A DNA stretch of 63,913 nt, counting the filler, from Sluysia triapertura (Eukaryota), in NCBI GenBank assembly GCA_046118255.1. It is 5 parts of 5 records of this genome, joined end to end, with 100 filler letters (N's around TTAATTAATTAA, not from the genome) between each part and the next. Parts side by side here need not be neighbours in the genome. Positions count along the whole stretch, not along the records: positions 52,061 to 63,913 come from JBJNIA010163593.1; 4 more parts are not named here. One strand, written 5' to 3'. The notes below the pieces were generated by a model. The model was not told where the DNA came from. It did not search any database and was given only the letters and a program-made list of their open reading frames with translations. Below, one piece after another: positions 60,399 to 63,913 of this stretch (the stretch's first letter is position 1; every line of letters begins with the position of its first letter). A program made the translations under genes and the position numbers.

Positions 60399-61456
60399 TG
60401 TTGGGATTCACAAGTGCTTGTTAGGTAATTAGGGAGAAACATGTGGAGCTGTAAAATGAAGAAAGAACTGGTATAAATTTGTGGATTGAACATTATAAAC
60501 ATTGTCGAAGAAAGAATCATGAAAATAAAAACAATTATAATAATGATAACAGTAGAAAAATACCTTGACATTCCAAAGAACTATATAAGGTGTGGAGACT
60601 TTTTTGAGGCTTGAAGTCTACCTGAAAAACCCTTTGAAGTTATTATAACACCTTTGAGCGTGTTAATTTTGAAATAATCTAAGACTATTAACTTTTAAGT
60701 GTTCTGGAAATCTTGATAAGCACTAGGGATCATCGAGTAATATTATAAAGTGTAAGTCTTCGAAATATTTGAGAAATAAAATCATTGTTCAAAATAATAA
60801 AGATAAATTTAATATAGTAACAATTAACGTAAAAATTAGAAAAAGGAATCAGAGAGGTGCATGTGAAAATACCTAGGACCTCCTGAATACCTTATAAATT
60901 ACTAAATAGTGTTGGAATCTTAATACAACCTTTAAACATAAAATGAAGTAATTAATTAAAATCTTAATTAAGTAAAAGTACGTTTTTGTGAATAAATTTT
61001 GAATGGAGAATTCTATGTTAAATTTGAAACTGTGTATGTATTTGTTTTGAAAAGACCTTTTGATGAAGGTATGGTTTGACCGTGTTCATGCAAGGAAAGC
61101 CTTAATATTGAGCAAAGTCAAATTTTAATTAATTTTTAATTATAGAATGTTGAATTTTTGATACTTAGAGTGATGCAAATGTGATGAATGGAATGAAGTG
61201 ATGGCTATGAAAGAGGAGAATCTGTAAGTGAGTTCGAAACGTTTATAGAATGGTTTGTTTGAGAATAAGAACCTTAAAACATTTTTTCATTAGAAAATTT
61301 AGTGTGAAAAATTGAAAATCAATTAAATCCTAAAAGGTGAAATTAAATTCATTATTTTTATTTATGTTAATAATATTGTTGATTGTTATTTTAATGAGAA
61401 AAGTAATTTAAGTAAAAATAGATTGAATAGAGTAAAAGGAAATTATGGTTGATCTA
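60399..61456 (+). mobile_element. LTR-like repeat family B, near full length
   Basis: tgttgggatt...ggttgatcta; homologous to 16111-16610 and, inverted, to 35141-36043. Confidence 0.75.
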
Positions 61457-62785
61457 TATGTTCTGTACTTGTGTGGAGGGCAATATGTATTTTAATTTAT
61501 GAAATTTAAATTTAACTTTATTTTTATGTTTATTAAAATTTATTTTTAACAAATAAATTACAATTAAACTAACAGGATTAAAACACATTAATCTTTTATT
61601 TACAAACATGGGCTTAAGGCCCGAAACAATTAAAAATGAAAACACAATTAAAAACAAACAATTAATTATTAAATTTAACAAACTGACAAAGTTTGCCAAA
61701 AGAAAAAAATTAACAATCATACAACGATATAATAAATACGTAGAATAAAATTTGATGAAAATAACCGGTCCAATAGTAAAAGGTGGTTTTGAAACGTAAT
61801 TGTTGAATTCGTAGAGACACCTTGCTGGTTTCACGATTGAAATATTCACATTACCACAATTAATGCATGAATAGTTGATCAGTTTTACGTTATCAAGCAA
61901 CATTTTGTTATTAACGTTAATTTTTTTTGGTGATGTTTAAGTGACACTTTTAAATGAGACGTAACGCCAATTTTTAGTTAAAACTTTTATCGTAATAACC
62001 GGCAAATTACGTTGTACTGGTTTGCATTTATCGAGCACTGAACATTTAACTTGTCTACTACCATAATTACTTCCACATTTCACACTATCATCAGTAATGT
62101 CCAAATTACCTGCACGATAGCACGGATTTGAAATAAAACAACAATAATTTGTTAATTCCAAAGTGTCCTTATTAAAGGGAGTTTCTTGTATATTGTCCAC
62201 TGTACATTTTATATCAGGAAAGAGGCGTTCATGGAAGATTGTAAGTAATGTTAACATTAACAACGTATTATCGATTAACATTTTTTATTATTTAATTTTT
62301 ATTATTTTTATTAATCATAATATAAAATCAAATAAATTCATTATTGCAACAGCATTATTTATATATACAATGGTTTTGTTAATTGTTAAAATAACAATAA
62401 TGAATGTCAAGTCAAATATTTCCTGTTCCCCATTGTATTCATAAGTTCTTTGACATCATCTAGCCAATATAAAGTGTGATTGTACAGTGAAATAAAAAAG
62501 AAATGTTTCAAAGATTTAACGAAATGTCGAAATGACAAACTCTATATTGATAATATAATATAATTTTTTTACTGTATTTGTTATTAAAGTTTCAAGAAAG
62601 TGTACATTTGTCAAGCATAAATTGGAAGATTCTTCAAATTAATAGTGATTACAAGAAATTAATACTTGAATCATTGTTTCAGAAATATATTTAACTGAAT
62701 ACATTTTAAATTCTGGTATAATAATAACAATAATTATGATTATGATAATAAATATAATGTCATCAAATAATTTCATCACTGACAT
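61454..62785 (-). pseudogene. Decayed ~444-codon membrane glycoprotein-like (env-like) ORF
   Basis: ATG at 62785 and ORFs 61937-62281 and 61454-61903 share one frame (offsets 504 and 378 nt) with about 7 internal stops. N-terminal hydrophobic run, Cys-rich middle with NxS/T sequons (NYS, NIS, NKT), C-terminal hydrophobic helix and basic tail. Confidence 0.55.
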
Positions 62786-62849
62786 GTAAGAAATTGTGTT
62801 ATACCCTAATAAAATTTATGATTTTTTTCCAATATTTTATAAACTCATT

Positions 62850-63913
62850 TTAATCACATCGTTCTATTTTGGCCACAATTTTTCCTTCCCATAATGGCAA
62901 GATACTGTCATCTTTTGTGATCTCTTCGTGAATTAAACCACAATCGAATTCATCCGAGTAACGTTTGAAGAAATAGCGAAAAATTCCTTTCATGGCAACA
63001 ATATTTTTGAACTGAGCCCATGTTAGCAATTAACATGTTAACAATTAACATGTTAACAATTATCAGTTCCATTTTCTATTGGCACTTGAGTTCTGTAAGG
63101 CACCGGGTCGTTTCCCATATAGTAACCAATCACCAAATTACTATTAGATATGGAAGATTGAATTTGATTGGTTGCATTTTCATGATTTTGATTAGGTTCT
63201 AATTTAACTGGTACTGATGCCGTCGAAGTACGTTGTAAATTCGAATAAGAAATACGTGGTGGTATCTGAGGTGTATTCGGATGAATTGTCACAGTTGATT
63301 GGTTAGGATCAAACATGGGATGGCTTGGATTGAAAACTTCGGCTTCTTCTTCAATATTTTGATTGCAAGAACTCCATTCTGGATGTTTAATGATCCATCG
63401 ATGTACTTTATCATCTAATTGACTTTGTCTCTGACCAACATACTCATAAGCTGAACTGACACCTGAGTCAATGTAACTGGAACTTCCTGAAACTATATTT
63501 GGTTTTGCTTGAAGAAATCTATTAGAATCAGTTCAATTTTGTCATTCAAAATTTCATTTTCGGTCTTTATTGATTCATTTTTTTAGTTCCATATTGTGCA
63601 ATTTCCTCTGTAATGAATCTTTTTCTAATTCCAATTCTTCAATCATATTTTGATTATCATCTGTTTCCTTTTTTTTTGTAGACATTTATCTTCCAAGTAT
63701 TTGTTTTTGGACGTCAAATTATCTATTTCTGTTTTCGCTTCGTCTAATTCATTAATGTAATAATTCAAATTCTTTTTCAATTCATCAGCCTGAGCTACTA
63801 ATTCATCGTTTTTGTCACGAAGAGCTTTCAACTCCGACCTGTCATCCTTTTTTAATTTCAATAATTCAATTTCATCAAGTGCCTCCTCCAATTCTTGTGT
63901 TCGAACAGCAAGT
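62850..63913 (-). pseudogene. Intronless coiled-coil::Axin C-terminus/DIX-domain fusion gene, frameshifted; runs off the window end
   Basis: DIX: LVIGYYMGNDPVPYRTQVP...(63136) and LTWAQFKNIVAMKGIFRYFFKRYSDEFDCGLIHEEITKDDSILPLWEGKIVAKIERCD* (to 62850), matching Axin VxYYFCGEPIPYRT...TLGQFK...KGxYRYYFKKxSDEFDCGxVFEEV..D..VLPxFExKIxGKVExVD. Upstream in frame: SYIDSGVSSAY, KVHRWII, PSHPMFDP...PNT. Further upstream, a heptad-rich coiled coil. Confidence 0.88.

Noticed and set aside
63012-63057. Possible small intron (gt...ctaac...cag) rescuing the DIX frame
   Set aside because: It would delete the conserved LTWAQ residues and the obvious donor does not restore the frame; tandem duplication explains it better.

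Overview
Very AT-rich, intron-containing animal genomic DNA, probably a flatworm or another lineage with ~32-36 nt microintrons (inference). The window is five contigs joined by four artificial 100-bp gaps, each carrying a TTAATTAATTAA linker. Four host genes are readable: a complete 6-exon MSP-domain membrane protein gene (19284-20639, +), the first exon of GOSR1/GS28 (21144, +), the last exon of an ECHDC3-like enoyl-CoA hydratase (33976-34104, -), and three exons of a MAP4K4/TNIK/Misshapen kinase (53301-59394, +). The rest is mostly mobile-element debris: Ty3/Gypsy RT, integrase and protease relics, three TG...CA LTR-like repeat families, Tc1/mariner, hAT and piggyBac-like MITEs, L2-like tails and (AAT)n arrays. 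The most striking feature is at the right end, antisense and downstream of the last visible kinase exon. It is an intronless, decayed cassette in which a long coiled coil is fused to the C-terminal half of an Axin (DSGxxS motif, KVxxWI box, Axin-type DIX domain), followed 64 bp later by a ~444-codon Cys-rich membrane-glycoprotein-like frame and an LTR-like repeat. Together with decayed intronless CARD-like and CCCH-finger ORFs near Gypsy relics and an unusual integrase-then-protease arrangement, this suggests large mobile elements carrying captured Wnt and cell-death signalling domains (inference).
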